Assembly (NCBI GenBank): GCA_963835065.1
Contig: CAWIEK010000050.1
Location: 1 to 64,000, forward strand
DNA length: 64,000 nucleotides
Direction: 5' to 3'
DNA from: an uncultured Chthonomonadaceae bacterium
GTDB taxonomy: Bacteria > Armatimonadota > Chthonomonadetes > Chthonomonadales > Chthonomonadaceae
Part shown: positions 45,978-56,153 of the stretch, in pieces
Layout: every line of letters starts with the position of its first letter
How positions within the stretch are numbered: position 1 is the first letter of the stretch
Translations under genes and position numbers: made by a program
The notes under the pieces: model-generated
The model's database searches: none
The model's input: only the letters and a program-made list of their open reading frames with translations
Told to the model about the DNA's origin: nothing

Positions 45978-47249
45978 ATGAACTTATTGGAAGGGTTGCG
46001 GGTGGCTCTGCGGGGGCTTGCCAGCAACAAAATGCGAACCGCCCTCACGATGCTGGGCATGATTATCGGGGTTGGCGTGGTGATTGTCGTTGTGGCTATC
46101 GGCGAGGGCGCGACGCAGCGCGTGACGGAAACGGTCAACTCGCTGGGAACCAACCTGCTTTCCGTTTCCACCAACCGCAACCGCCTGCGCGTCGGCACGG
46201 TGACATCCCGCGCCGCCACGACCACCAACGGCGCGACAGCCAACAGCGTCGCGCCCAACCGCCTGACGCTTGCGGATGCCGACGCGATTGCGAAAAACTT
46301 TCCGCAGTCCGTAGAGCGGGTCGCGCCGCAGATTGATTCGGGCGTTCAGGTTCGATTGGACAGCGTAGACGCGAATACGGACGTGATCGGAACCACCGGC
46401 GACTACCTTTACGTGAAGAATACGGATGTGGCGAGGGGGCGATTTTTCACGCCTGAAGAACAGGAAGGCAGTTTCAAGGTGTGCGTTGCCGGGACAACCA
46501 TCGCGGAACATCTGACCGGGGACGCAAGCACAGACTTGACGGGCAAAATCCTCGCCATCAACCGGCAAAAGTTTCGCGTTGTCGGGATGCTGGCTCCCAA
46601 AGGCGCGACCTCGTGGGGGCAGGATCAGGACGACGTGATACTGGTTCCCGTAACAACGGCCATGCGGCGCGTCCTCAATCGCAACTATCTCAACGACCTG
46701 CTCATACGCTGCACCACGCAGGATATGATGCCGCTGGCGCAGGAGCAAATTTCCAATTATCTGCGCATTCGCCATCGCCTTACGCCGCCGTTCCCCGACA
46801 ACGATGATTTCCGTATCCGCAGCCAGACCGAACTGATGGAGTCGCAGCAAAGCATTACGGGAACCATGACTTCGCTGCTGTCGGCGGTTGCCGTTATTTC
46901 ACTCGTCGTGGGCGGCATCGGCATTATGAACATCATGCTGGTATCGGTGACGGAGCGGACGCGGGAAATCGGCATCCGCAAGGCCATCGGAGCCACGCCC
47001 CGCGATATTCTGATGCAGTTTCTCATTGAGTCGGCGATTATTTCGCTGCTCGGCGGGCTGATCGGAATTGGCCTGGGCATAGGCATTTCGCAAATCCTGG
47101 CGTATGTGGCGGGTTGGAGCGCGATTGTCAACATGACGGCGGTGCTGGCCGCATTAGGCGTTTCCATCAGCATCGGGCTGTTCTTCGGCATTTATCCCGC
47201 CAATAAAGCCTCGCGCCTGCATCCCATCGAAGCCCTCCGCTTTGAGTAA
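45978..47249 (+). CDS. MacB/FtsX-like ABC transporter permease
   Basis: RTALTMLGMIIGV, GGIGIMNIMLVSVTERTREIGIRKAIGA and PIEALRFE. Confidence 0.93.
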   Translation: MNLLEGLRVALRGLASNKMRTALTMLGMIIGVGVVIVVVAIGEGATQRVTETVNSLGTNLLSVSTNRNRLRVGTVTSRAATTTNGATANSVAPNRLTLADADAIAKNFPQSVERVAPQIDSGVQVRLDSVDANTDVIGTTGDYLYVKNTDVARGRFFTPEEQEGSFKVCVAGTTIAEHLTGDASTDLTGKILAINRQKFRVVGMLAPKGATSWGQDQDDVILVPVTTAMRRVLNRNYLNDLLIRCTTQDMMPLAQEQISNYLRIRHRLTPPFPDNDDFRIRSQTELMESQQSITGTMTSLLSAVAVISLVVGGIGIMNIMLVSVTERTREIGIRKAIGATPRDILMQFLIESAIISLLGGLIGIGLGIGISQILAYVAGWSAIVNMTAVLAALGVSISIGLFFGIYPANKASRLHPIEALRFE

Positions 47250-47251
47250 CT

Positions 47252-47971
47252 TTACGGCTTCTGAAGGCGGTTCTGCATGGTTTTGAGGTCTTTGTAGGCT
47301 TCCTGAAACGCATCGGCGTTGGTCTGGTCTATGGCTTCGGGCGCGAGTTCCTCAATCAAGGCCAGACGGTTTTCAATGCGCGGCAGGTCGGTGGCTGTCA
47401 GATTCTTGGGGTCGGCAAACCCTTCTTCGTTGAGGTCTTCGATCAAGTCCTTGCGCTGATTGGCGGGAAGATTCGGGTCGTTGATGGCCGCAATCCAAAC
47501 CGCTTCCGCTTCAGGGTTCGCGCCGACTTCCCGCAATGCGTTACGCGCTTCCTCCGGCGAAATCGTCCGGGCGGGCGCACTGGCATCGGCAGTCGGTGGA
47601 GCCGGGGCAGCATGCATTGCGGCTGTTTCCGGCGTGTTCGGAAAATGGGGAGCCGTATTTGCCGCTGTTTGCTTGTGCCTGCGCGGTATCGCTGACACGG
47701 TATTCGTTTTGCCTGATTTCGTCTGCGGTGTTCCTGCGCCTGTCTGCGATTCCGGTTTACGCGAAGCCGATTTTGAGGCCGTTTGAACGCCGTCTTTAAC
47801 AACAAGCGGGGCGGGCGGCGCAGTCTGCTGCCCTACCGTGTCGTATTCGGATTTCGCGTCTCTGTCAGGGGCGGGTATTGCCGTGTTCCGTGACGTGAGC
47901 GCCCAACAGCAGACGAGGGAAAGGCAAGCGCCTGCCAATCCCGCCAAGACAATATCCTTCCTGTGGTTCAT
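47252..47971 (-). CDS. Hypothetical membrane-anchored protein
   Basis: N-terminal TM, Pro/Ala/Thr linker, helical C-terminal domain. Confidence 0.6.
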   Translation of the reverse strand: MNHRKDIVLAGLAGACLSLVCCWALTSRNTAIPAPDRDAKSEYDTVGQQTAPPAPLVVKDGVQTASKSASRKPESQTGAGTPQTKSGKTNTVSAIPRRHKQTAANTAPHFPNTPETAAMHAAPAPPTADASAPARTISPEEARNALREVGANPEAEAVWIAAINDPNLPANQRKDLIEDLNEEGFADPKNLTATDLPRIENRLALIEELAPEAIDQTNADAFQEAYKDLKTMQNRLQKP

Positions 47972-48216
47972 CCCGCTTCTCCTGTTACTGCCCTGCCTGT
48001 CGCTTGCTTTCTCTCTGGATTTCGTATCTCTGATACCGAATTTAGAATAGCACAAAATTTTGGATACTCACTCTGAGACATTTCTAAGCCCTCAGCAACA
48101 TATTCCACGTATAGTTGTTGACGAGGCACGGCAATCATCCCTGCTCAGGCAACCCTGCTCTCGAAACCGCGTAAATAAGTGTAAAATTTTGGTTTTTATT
48201 TGAAGGGGAATGCTAA

Positions 48217-49365
48217 ATGGGGCAGTTTCTGAAGGCGGCGGAGATTGGGGCGCAGGGGGCTATGACGCTGCCGGGGCGTTTCTACACGTCGCCGGAACTC
48301 TTTCAACAGGAGCAGGAAAGCATCTTTTTCCGGCAGTGGATTTGTGTGGGGCGGGAAGAGCGCATCCCACAGCCGGGCGACTACTTCGTTCGCACAATCG
48401 GGACGGAAAGCGTGATTATCGTTCGGGGGCGTGACGGAACTGTTCGCGCCTTCCACAACGTTTGCCGGCATCGGGGCGCGCAATTGTGCGAGGCTGGCGA
48501 AGGCCATTTCAAGAACGCCATTCGCTGCCCGTACCATGCGTGGGCGTACGGATTGGATGGCCGACTCCTTGCCGCGCCCTCAATGGAGGAAGTGATGGGC
48601 TTTGCGGCGGATGATTACCCGCTGCATCCCGTGTCCCTTGCCCGTTGGGAAGGGTTTCTCTTCATTTCGCTTGCCGCCGAACCGGAGCCGTTTGCCGTTG
48701 CGTATGCGCCCCTGCTGGACAAGTTTCGCCCGTACAACCTGCCCCTGTTGCGGATGGCGCGGCGAATTGATTACGATGTACGCGCCAACTGGAAATTGAT
48801 GTTTGAAAACTATTCGGAGTGCTTTCACTGCGCGCCCGTGCATCCCGCGCTGGTGAAACTCTCGCCTGCCGACAGCGGGGCCAACGATCTGGTGTCGGGC
48901 GCGTTTTTAGGCGGCTACATGGAAGTCAAGCCCGACAGTGGCAGCATGACCTTGAGCGGCAATTCTTGCAGCCTGCCCGTAGGCGACTTATGCGCCGAAG
49001 ACCATCATCGCGTCTACTACTATTCGCTGTTTCCAAACATGCTGCTCAGTCTGCATCCCGACTATGTGATGGTGCATACCCTCTGGCCGGAAGCGCCCGA
49101 CCGCACCCGTATTGAGTGCGAGTGGCTGTTCCACCCGGATGCCGCCACGCACCCCGGCTTCCATCCCGATGATGGCGTAGAATTCTGGGATCAGACGAAC
49201 CGCGAAGACTGGCACGTCTGCGAACTCAGTCAACTTGGCATCTCCTCCCGCGCCTACACGCCCGGCCCCTACTCCCCGCGCGAAAGCATTTCCGCCGCCT
49301 TCGACCGCGAGTACCTGCGCGTCCTCGGCTTGCCAACAAACCCTTGCAGCGGGACACAAGGCTAA
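48217..49365 (+). CDS. Rieske ring-hydroxylating oxygenase alpha subunit (GbcA/choline monooxygenase-like)
   Basis: NVCRHRG, CPYHAWAY, NWK..ENYSECFHCAPVH and EDWHVCE. Confidence 0.92.
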   Translation: MGQFLKAAEIGAQGAMTLPGRFYTSPELFQQEQESIFFRQWICVGREERIPQPGDYFVRTIGTESVIIVRGRDGTVRAFHNVCRHRGAQLCEAGEGHFKNAIRCPYHAWAYGLDGRLLAAPSMEEVMGFAADDYPLHPVSLARWEGFLFISLAAEPEPFAVAYAPLLDKFRPYNLPLLRMARRIDYDVRANWKLMFENYSECFHCAPVHPALVKLSPADSGANDLVSGAFLGGYMEVKPDSGSMTLSGNSCSLPVGDLCAEDHHRVYYYSLFPNMLLSLHPDYVMVHTLWPEAPDRTRIECEWLFHPDAATHPGFHPDDGVEFWDQTNREDWHVCELSQLGISSRAYTPGPYSPRESISAAFDREYLRVLGLPTNPCSGTQG

Positions 49366-49739
49366 GGAGGCGGGATGCGGCGCAGTGTGAACGTTGCTCC
49401 ATCCAAGACAGGCAACACCAATTCGTAACCGTACATCAGCGACATCCCCACCAGCGAATCGGCTTCCAGTTCGTCTATGCGGATAGTCATCGGCTGACCA
49501 TCCCATAAAACGACGCCCTTGTAGATATTGAACGTGGTTTCACTGCCGTCCGCGAGAATAGCTCGCCCAAACCTGTGCCAGCGTAAGCCGAGTATGGCAA
49601 TCACATCCGGCGGCAGCGTCAAAGTACCATTGTAGCCGGTATCTATAAGCGAGTTGTACGTATGTTCCTGACCATTCGCATCATGTAAGGTGAGGCTCAA
49701 AATAGCCTCGCGCCGTGCCGTAACAACCCCTGTCATCAT
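49362..49739 (-). CDS. Clan AA aspartic protease-like protein
   Basis: LIDTGYNG, LADGS and LVGMSLM. Confidence 0.8.
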   Translation of the reverse strand: MMTGVVTARREAILSLTLHDANGQEHTYNSLIDTGYNGTLTLPPDVIAILGLRWHRFGRAILADGSETTFNIYKGVVLWDGQPMTIRIDELEADSLVGMSLMYGYELVLPVLDGATFTLRRIPPP

Positions 49740-50011
49740 GCGCTTTGCTCGCTCCGTCCTGCGCCAAACCGACGCACATAGCGTGAGCCAACACGCAGCA
49801 CCATGATCTGCGCGTCAGGCAATCGCGCTTGCAGGCGGTCTGCGGCAATGTCTTCATCAGCATCTATTTCCCACGCGCCGGTATCCAAGTCAACGGCGAC
49901 AATCTCATCGTTGTGCGCCGGTTCCACCTGAGAGCGAATATCGCGGTCGTATATCTCCTCACCGCGCCGCCTAGCTTCCTCTTTACTGTAGCGTGGCTGA
50001 TGTACTATCAT
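49736..50011 (-). CDS. Small conserved hypothetical protein coupled to the aspartic protease
   Basis: RRGEEIY, IVAVDLDTG and LRVG, with an ATGA overlap. Confidence 0.7.
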   Translation of the reverse strand: MIVHQPRYSKEEARRRGEEIYDRDIRSQVEPAHNDEIVAVDLDTGAWEIDADEDIAADRLQARLPDAQIMVLRVGSRYVRRFGAGRSEQSA

Positions 50012-50023
50012 AAATATTCTCCT

Positions 50024-51313
50024 CTATGCCAATTGAGGTTTGCCATATATCTCCATCCGACCGCGCAAAGGACTGTCGTGGTCGAACGAGATGATGACGG
50101 AAAGACTGTGTTTGTCCAATGAGTGATCTATGCTATACATATCCATAAGTTCCGGCCAGCGTTCGGCTAGAAATAGTCCCGCCGCAAACGTACCCTGACC
50201 ATCATGTCCTCCGCACACAAAGTACGGTTTGCCCTTACCGTCGAGCGTCCGCACAATGAGAGCTTGGTCGTACTTGACACCCCTGTCTGGTATCGGCTTA
50301 GCAAAAAAGTCAATGCCGTTGACTTGGAAATTAGCCATCTTGGTTTCTTCGTCAGGCCATACGTCAAAGAAGCCCTCCGGGCACAATCCACGTGCTTTGT
50401 AGGCGGCACCGTTATGTAATCCTATGGCGATGATCCGCTGATTATCGCGTATATGCTCGTAACCATCCCGCTCAACCTGCATATGGATGCCCAGGTTGGC
50501 GCACAATCCGGCGATAGCACTCGCCGCCCGCAAGTCCCAAAATACGGCAGCTTGGTCGGGCCGTTCCTTCTTATCGGGCGTTGATAAGGGAGTAGGATGA
50601 TCATCTGTGTCGTGTATCCGAATGGTAAACGCAGGTGCGTATGTATCTTGAAACACGGCCACAATAGATGGAGCATCATTAAGACCGAAGAACTGGAGGA
50701 ACTTACTACGCATAATCTCCTTACCGGAAACTTCCGGGCTAATCATAGTTACTTCTGCCTTGTAATTTTCGTTGACCTGAGTAATAGTGTCAATTGATGG
50801 ACTTGCGTATATAGTTCGTTCGTACTTTCGACTGTTCAAGACGTAGGAGTGGTTTTTATACGGGGTGAAAAGGCTCTGAAGATGTTCATCCAGTTGTCCG
50901 TAAACTTCTTCTGTAACAGTTACTCGGTTTTCAAGACCGATAACTTTTTCCGATTTTAAGAAGTCATTTACGGCCTTTCCGTACAGATTTTTTAGATCCG
51001 GGTCCCATATAGCCTCTCCTTTATGGCAGGAAACGCGAATATGCAACGGCACTTTCAAAGTATTAAGTGTCTTCAGGGCATTGAAAAGACGCATAGATGC
51101 TTGGATATGAAGCGCGCCCGTAACCATATAGTCAAGTACCTCGTCTTGATCTATCAGAAAGAGATAGGCTCCCCCATCACCATCGAAGTCCAGTTCTTGG
51201 GCACCGTGCGAAGCAAGAATTTCACCAACCTGTCGTTGGAAGTTCTGCCGAGTTACGCTTATGTGCCGGTCAGCTCCTGGCAATAAGCTATGGCCTGCAA
51301 TATCAACTTGCAA
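50024..51313 (-). CDS. Class III nucleotidyl cyclase domain + unknown C-terminal domain (true start may lie further upstream)
   Basis: VDIAGHS and FDGDG acidic motifs, IRVSCHKGE, LYGKAVN. Visibly lower GC than the flanks. Confidence 0.65.
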   Translation of the reverse strand: MQVDIAGHSLLPGADRHISVTRQNFQRQVGEILASHGAQELDFDGDGGAYLFLIDQDEVLDYMVTGALHIQASMRLFNALKTLNTLKVPLHIRVSCHKGEAIWDPDLKNLYGKAVNDFLKSEKVIGLENRVTVTEEVYGQLDEHLQSLFTPYKNHSYVLNSRKYERTIYASPSIDTITQVNENYKAEVTMISPEVSGKEIMRSKFLQFFGLNDAPSIVAVFQDTYAPAFTIRIHDTDDHPTPLSTPDKKERPDQAAVFWDLRAASAIAGLCANLGIHMQVERDGYEHIRDNQRIIAIGLHNGAAYKARGLCPEGFFDVWPDEETKMANFQVNGIDFFAKPIPDRGVKYDQALIVRTLDGKGKPYFVCGGHDGQGTFAAGLFLAERWPELMDMYSIDHSLDKHSLSVIISFDHDSPLRGRMEIYGKPQLA

Positions 51314-51506
51314 GAAACCAAAAACACGTCTTGTTCCTTTGCTGGAGGGATTTTGCCCACGGCTGTAAAATCATCACTCGACCTTTGCCTTTCAAACTGG
51401 CCTCGCTTCATACTCCGATAAACATAAATGAGCAGTTCACATGCTACCCGACAGATGCAAGCCTAAATCTCTTCACAATGTTTGCAGCCTGTCAGTCTTA
51501 CAGTCT

Positions 51507-51842
51507 TTACGCGACAGCAAAATCGGTGTACTGGCGCAAGTCTGCCGGATGGAACGCGAGTACGATGTTTTGTCTCGGAATGCCTTCCCGCATCAGCATA
51601 TCTGCAAGTCGCAGGTTGGTTCCGTCGCGCTGAATCCAAACCTTGTCTTCCAACACGTCTACATGCAGGTACATATCATCCACGCGGCGCTTGCCTTCCC
51701 ATCCTACCTGCCCTAATTGATAATGCCCGGTCGTTTCATCGCAAATAAGTTCGGTTCGCAGATCAGCTTCCGACGGCATCATTTCTCCAACCTCCTCAAA
51801 AACACGTCGGACAATCCTTTTAAATTCGCAGATTCGATCCAT
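51507..51842 (-). CDS. XisI-family protein
   Basis: HYQL..VGW, LHVDV..KVWIQRDGT, GIPRQNIVLAFHP and YTDFAVA. No XisH adjacent. Confidence 0.88.
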   Translation of the reverse strand: MDRICEFKRIVRRVFEEVGEMMPSEADLRTELICDETTGHYQLGQVGWEGKRRVDDMYLHVDVLEDKVWIQRDGTNLRLADMLMREGIPRQNIVLAFHPADLRQYTDFAVA

Positions 51843-51883
51843 TCCAATGCCTCTTTCTCCTGCGGGTCCTAATAGAGAAGATG

Positions 51884-52216
51884 TCACGATGCAGGTTGTG
51901 CGGCAATTTTGACAATCTGCCCCGGCGCAAGAGAAGGCAACACAGCCAATACCTGCGGCATTAGCGGAAGCAGAGTTTCGATGGTATTGTCTTGTGCCGT
52001 CAACACGATTAAGGCAAAGGAGCGCCCGCTCATATTCTGCTGATAGCGCATATTGCCATCAATGGTGAGAAACGCATCGAACTTGCCTGCTATCAGCGGC
52101 AACAGTTCGCCATTCTGAATACCGGCCCAGCCCATTTCCGGCACAGTCTTCACATCATGGCCGGACAGACCACCTTTGAGTTTGCGCGGCAGGCACTCGT
52201 CAAGCAACAGGTTCAT
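51884..52216 (-). CDS. DUF5615 PIN-like toxin
   Basis: LLLDECLP, MGWAGIQNGELL and FLTIDGNM.YQQN. Confidence 0.85.
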   Translation of the reverse strand: MNLLLDECLPRKLKGGLSGHDVKTVPEMGWAGIQNGELLPLIAGKFDAFLTIDGNMRYQQNMSGRSFALIVLTAQDNTIETLLPLMPQVLAVLPSLAPGQIVKIAAQPAS

Positions 52217-52436
52217 ACACCGCCTCGTTGTCAGGTTCCTGCAACCGTTGCTGAACAGCGTCTAAAACTTGCTGCGCGTGTCCGCGCGTGACCGTTGGGA
52301 AATCATCCAGAAAATCGTCCAGAGGATGATTCGCTTTCAAGTAGTCAAACAACGTCTTGACGGGAACGCGCGTACCTGTAAAGACGGCAATACCGCCCAG
52401 GATATTCTCGTTGCAGGTAATTATGTTTTCTGTCAT
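52200..52436 (-). CDS. DUF433 antitoxin
   Basis: ILGG.AVFTGTRVPV, FLDDFPTV, overlaps the PIN gene. Confidence 0.88.
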   Translation of the reverse strand: MTENIITCNENILGGIAVFTGTRVPVKTLFDYLKANHPLDDFLDDFPTVTRGHAQQVLDAVQQRLQEPDNEAVYEPVA

Positions 52437-52481
52437 TATCATTTTACTCCCATTCACCAAATACTCTCACTCTCACTCTCA

Positions 52482-53912
52482 CTACTTGTTCAGCCAGGCA
52501 TGACGCTGGCGTATCTTTTGCGCCTGTTCGGGGTTGACCATGTGGAGGAAGGACAGGTAGCCACCGGCGTACAGCAGGGCGTTCTTGCCGATACGCTCCG
52601 ACATGGTTTGCAGCCCTTCGGTTTCGCAGTGGTGCAAAAAGGCGCGGAACTTGCGCAGGTCGCGGCGGGACAGGCGCGGCGTTTCGTTCACCACCACGCC
52701 CGTCACCACCTGCCGATGCTGCGGGCGCATCACGCGGGTTTTGCCCTCATTGATAACATAGCCTTCTTCCGCAATGATGTGCCGCAAGCGGGTGAACAAC
52801 ATGCCGGTCGGGGCTTCCTTATCCGCATGGGAAAAGACAAGATCGTCGGCGTAGCGGGTATACGTGAAGCCGTAGCGTTTGGCGATCCCGGTTAGGCGCG
52901 AATCCAGACGGCGGCACAGGATGTTGGTAATCGCGGGGGATGTGCAGGCTCCCTGCGGCAATTGGCGCTCACCAATCGCAACGTGCCGTTTTTGCCCGTC
53001 CAATGTCAGGGCGACGCGGGGCGATTCGGTGCAAAGCAGGGCCAGAATGGACGCTACGCCCTCGTTGTACCCCAAATGCGTAAACAAGCCCTTCACGCGC
53101 CGAAACTGAATGGACGGAAAAAAGTCTTTCAAGTCCACGCGCACTACCAATTGCTTGCCCGTATGCCGCTGCGCGTTGTGCAGAATGGAACGTTTGGGAC
53201 GGAACGCCATCGCCGCGTCGTGGATGTTGACGCGGTTCAGGATGCTCGTCAGTACCCACGATTGCGCGGTTCGCAGTTGCTTTTTGGGCGCGGAAATCGC
53301 CCGCATCCCGCCGCTCCGCTTGGGAATGGAAAAATGCGCGTAGTGGTCAATCACGGTTGCGCCCCGGTGGTAGGTGAGCCACGCCAGTGTCTTTGTTTCT
53401 ATGCCCATCGCGTTCGCCAGTTCTTCCGCCGAACTCAGCGCAGGCAGGCTTGCGCCCTCTACTTTCGCCGCATCCCCGCCCTCATACCGCAGTCCCGCCG
53501 ACACGCCATGCCCGAGATACGGCAGCGTTCTCGCCCGCCATTCCTTCACCTGCTCCGAACGCGCGGCCTGTTCCGCTTCCTTTTGCTGCTTTTTGGCGAC
53601 CCGCGCCGCCCGAACCCGCTCGATCCGCTTTTTGCGGATGTCCTGTATCAGCGCGGGAATGTTACGGCCTAAATTGATCTCTTTATCCAACTGCTGCAAT
53701 TCCGCCCGCGCGGCCTGCAAGCCCGGATACAATTCTTTCAGTTTGGCTTCCGCATCCGCAATCTGCTGCGTCACTCCGGCCTGCGGCGGCCAGAATCCCA
53801 GCCGCTCCATCTCTTCTTTGATGAACGCTTCCTTGCCGATTTCGCGCATCCGGTCGCGCCAATTGGCCTGCGTCACGGGCTGGTTCGGGGTTACGGTGGT
53901 GTCGGTGGTCAT
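52482..53912 (-). CDS. Retron-type reverse transcriptase with long N-terminal helical extension
   Basis: IPKRSGGMRAISAP, NAQRH (NAxxH, region X), DLKDFFPSI, LPQGACTSP, YTRYADDLVFS and VTGVVVN (VTG, region Y). No maturase or endonuclease tail. Confidence 0.93.
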   Translation of the reverse strand: MTTDTTVTPNQPVTQANWRDRMREIGKEAFIKEEMERLGFWPPQAGVTQQIADAEAKLKELYPGLQAARAELQQLDKEINLGRNIPALIQDIRKKRIERVRAARVAKKQQKEAEQAARSEQVKEWRARTLPYLGHGVSAGLRYEGGDAAKVEGASLPALSSAEELANAMGIETKTLAWLTYHRGATVIDHYAHFSIPKRSGGMRAISAPKKQLRTAQSWVLTSILNRVNIHDAAMAFRPKRSILHNAQRHTGKQLVVRVDLKDFFPSIQFRRVKGLFTHLGYNEGVASILALLCTESPRVALTLDGQKRHVAIGERQLPQGACTSPAITNILCRRLDSRLTGIAKRYGFTYTRYADDLVFSHADKEAPTGMLFTRLRHIIAEEGYVINEGKTRVMRPQHRQVVTGVVVNETPRLSRRDLRKFRAFLHHCETEGLQTMSERIGKNALLYAGGYLSFLHMVNPEQAQKIRQRHAWLNK

Positions 53913-53924
53913 GGGAAATCCTTG

Positions 53925-54044
53925 AGTAGTCAGTAGTCAGTAGTCAGTAGTCAGTAGCTGTCCTACTCATTACCTTTGCCAACGCACAAGGTTTTGAGTA
54001 AGCAGGGATTTCTACTGACTACTGACTACTGACTACTGACTACT
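53925..54044. repeat. (AGTAGTC)n-core-(GACTACT)n hairpin element, copy A
   Basis: Inverted heptamer arms around a ~55-bp core. Supplies the stop codon of the SWIM gene. Confidence 0.85.
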
Positions 54045-56022
54045 TCTTCATCATCTCTTCAAACTGCCCTTCCGTTAAAACCGCCACGCCCAACTGCTGC
54101 GCTTTGGCGAGTTTGGAGCCGGCTTTGTCGCCGGCGACGAGATAGGTGGTGTTTTTGCTCACGCTGCCGGACGCGGTTCCGCCGTACTGCCGGACAAGGT
54201 CTTCGGCCTGTTCGCGGGTGAACAGGGTTAAGGCTCCGGTGAACACGAAGGTTTTGCCTGCGAACAGCGTGGGGTCAATGCCGCTGCCGGGTTTGGCGTC
54301 CTTGCTTGCCTGCTGCAAAGCGACTTGTTCGGACGCGAGGGCGGCAGCCGCGAGAATGTGGGCGCACGGCCCCTTGCGCAGTTTTTCGCGCTTGAAGAAC
54401 GAACACGAGCATTGCGCATACTGAACGCGCCCGTCCAGGTCAACGTCCAAAATCACGTCCTGCGTTTTGTTGCCCCGCGCATCGTCGCGTACTTCGGCCT
54501 GAACGCGCACCCGGTCTTCCCCGCCATTGGCGGGAGCGCCGAACGTCAGTTTGCTGTCGTCTACCGCATCCGCCCACTTCACGCCTTTCGCCGTTACAAT
54601 GCGCCTCGCCTGCGCCATGCGCTTGTCCTGATCGGTTTCCGGCAGTTTGATGGGAACCGGCAACAATGCCCGCCAGCGATACTGCCCCGTGATATGGTCA
54701 TACATCGCCTGCCCCTGCGCGCAGCACTGCTGCAAGGCGGAAGTTGCGGCATCGCGGGGTATGGACAGTTCCGAAGCAAGGGTTTCCGGCGTCAGGTGCA
54801 GTTTGTCGGACAGGGTTTTTAGGGCTTTTTCTACCACATCGGGCGGAGCCGTATTGGTGGACGCCAGCAAATCGAAACGCGCCGCCTGCGCCCAATCGTT
54901 TTTTGTCCAGCCGGACAAGCCCAGATCGAAACGCTGGTTTTTCTGAAATACGGTCCAGTAGGAAGGCAGGCCGCCGCCGAGCAAGCGCACCTGTACCCAA
55001 TCGGCGTGAGGCAGCAGCGACTCCATCACCAGCAAGCGCCGCCGTCCCCAAATGCGGATTTCGCCCTCATACTCGCCATTATAAACGTGTTCGTGTTCCT
55101 GAACCACGTCGTTCCACGGCTCCACGACAATGGACGGCTTTTGTCCCGGCTTCACGACAAACCGCAGCGAACGCGGCCCGACTTTTTCCCGCTTTCGGCG
55201 CAGAATGGCAAGCACATCGGCAACCGTCGCCGCGCTGAGTTTCAAATCCACCGTGCCGAACGCGGCTGCCGACTGCACCTGCAAAAAGCCGCGTACCCAC
55301 GTCGGCGGCAGGTCTATTTTCTTTTCTACCGACTCGCCCGCGCTGGTCGCAACGGTCACGCCCTCCGCGCCGATCTGCAAAAAGGCGGGGCGATAACTGC
55401 GAATACGCCGGATTTCATCGGCAAGCGGGCGGCTGTAATCAATGTTGGTCGTGCCGTACACGGCCTGCCCGAAAATGTCCAGACTTTCGGTGGGAACCGT
55501 GACGCGCCCGTAACTCAACTCGTCCTGCGAAAACACTTCAAAAATCAGGCAGTCGGGATGAACGCTGACAACCGGATCAAGCACCCACCACGCTTCGCGG
55601 TCATGCTCCAGCAGCCAGCCGAAATAACGGCGCTTGTGCTGATAGTACACGCCCCCGGACGCCAGATTTTCCAGATCCCGCACTTCTTTGTAACGCTTGT
55701 TGACGTCGGCCAGCGCTTCTTTACGCCGCTCCATCAGGGCGGGCAATGTGGCGGCGCGTTCCGTCAGTTCCGCGCCCAACTCTTCCAGATACCGCTGCTG
55801 TACCCACTCCTGATACGCGGTATGGTCTTTGGGCGCGTTGCGCAAGTCCGACGTGACGACCTCGTACAGGGCCAGCATCAGGCGCGCATACGCCAGACTG
55901 TCCTTAACCATCGCGTCCAGATGCACGGGCGGACGCGACTGCTCGGCGGACACATCCAGGTGCATCCCGTCCGAAGCCATATTCCCGCTGCTCGGGCGCG
56001 CATAATGTTGTGTTATTTCCAT
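54040..56022 (-). CDS. SWIM zinc-finger protein with C-terminal BRCT domain (retron accessory)
   Basis: AQCSCS...GPCAHILA (CxC...CxH). C-terminal [10 protein letters not shown]...[28 protein letters not shown] is a LigA-type BRCT. GGAG RBS before ATG 56022. Confidence 0.88.
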   Translation of the reverse strand: MEITQHYARPSSGNMASDGMHLDVSAEQSRPPVHLDAMVKDSLAYARLMLALYEVVTSDLRNAPKDHTAYQEWVQQRYLEELGAELTERAATLPALMERRKEALADVNKRYKEVRDLENLASGGVYYQHKRRYFGWLLEHDREAWWVLDPVVSVHPDCLIFEVFSQDELSYGRVTVPTESLDIFGQAVYGTTNIDYSRPLADEIRRIRSYRPAFLQIGAEGVTVATSAGESVEKKIDLPPTWVRGFLQVQSAAAFGTVDLKLSAATVADVLAILRRKREKVGPRSLRFVVKPGQKPSIVVEPWNDVVQEHEHVYNGEYEGEIRIWGRRRLLVMESLLPHADWVQVRLLGGGLPSYWTVFQKNQRFDLGLSGWTKNDWAQAARFDLLASTNTAPPDVVEKALKTLSDKLHLTPETLASELSIPRDAATSALQQCCAQGQAMYDHITGQYRWRALLPVPIKLPETDQDKRMAQARRIVTAKGVKWADAVDDSKLTFGAPANGGEDRVRVQAEVRDDARGNKTQDVILDVDLDGRVQYAQCSCSFFKREKLRKGPCAHILAAAALASEQVALQQASKDAKPGSGIDPTLFAGKTFVFTGALTLFTREQAEDLVRQYGGTASGSVSKNTTYLVAGDKAGSKLAKAQQLGVAVLTEGQFEEMMKK

Positions 56023-56033
56023 GTTGAACTCCA

Positions 56034-56153
56034 AGTAGTCAGTAGTCAGTAGTCAGTAGTCAGTAGAAATGCCGCACTGCTCAAAGTTTTGCGTAATTGC
56101 AGAAGTAATAAGTAGGACCGCTACTGACTACTGACTACTGACTACTGGCTACT
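56034..56153. repeat. (AGTAGTC)n-core-(GACTACT)n hairpin element, copy B (core inverted relative to A)
   Basis: Core matches the reverse complement of core A at 37/55 positions ungapped (manual count). Confidence 0.85.

Noticed and set aside
52482..53912. Group II intron or DGR reverse transcriptase
   Set aside because: It has retron NAxxH and VTG motifs. No maturase/endonuclease domain, intron domain V, Avd gene or adenine-specific TR/VR pair was seen.
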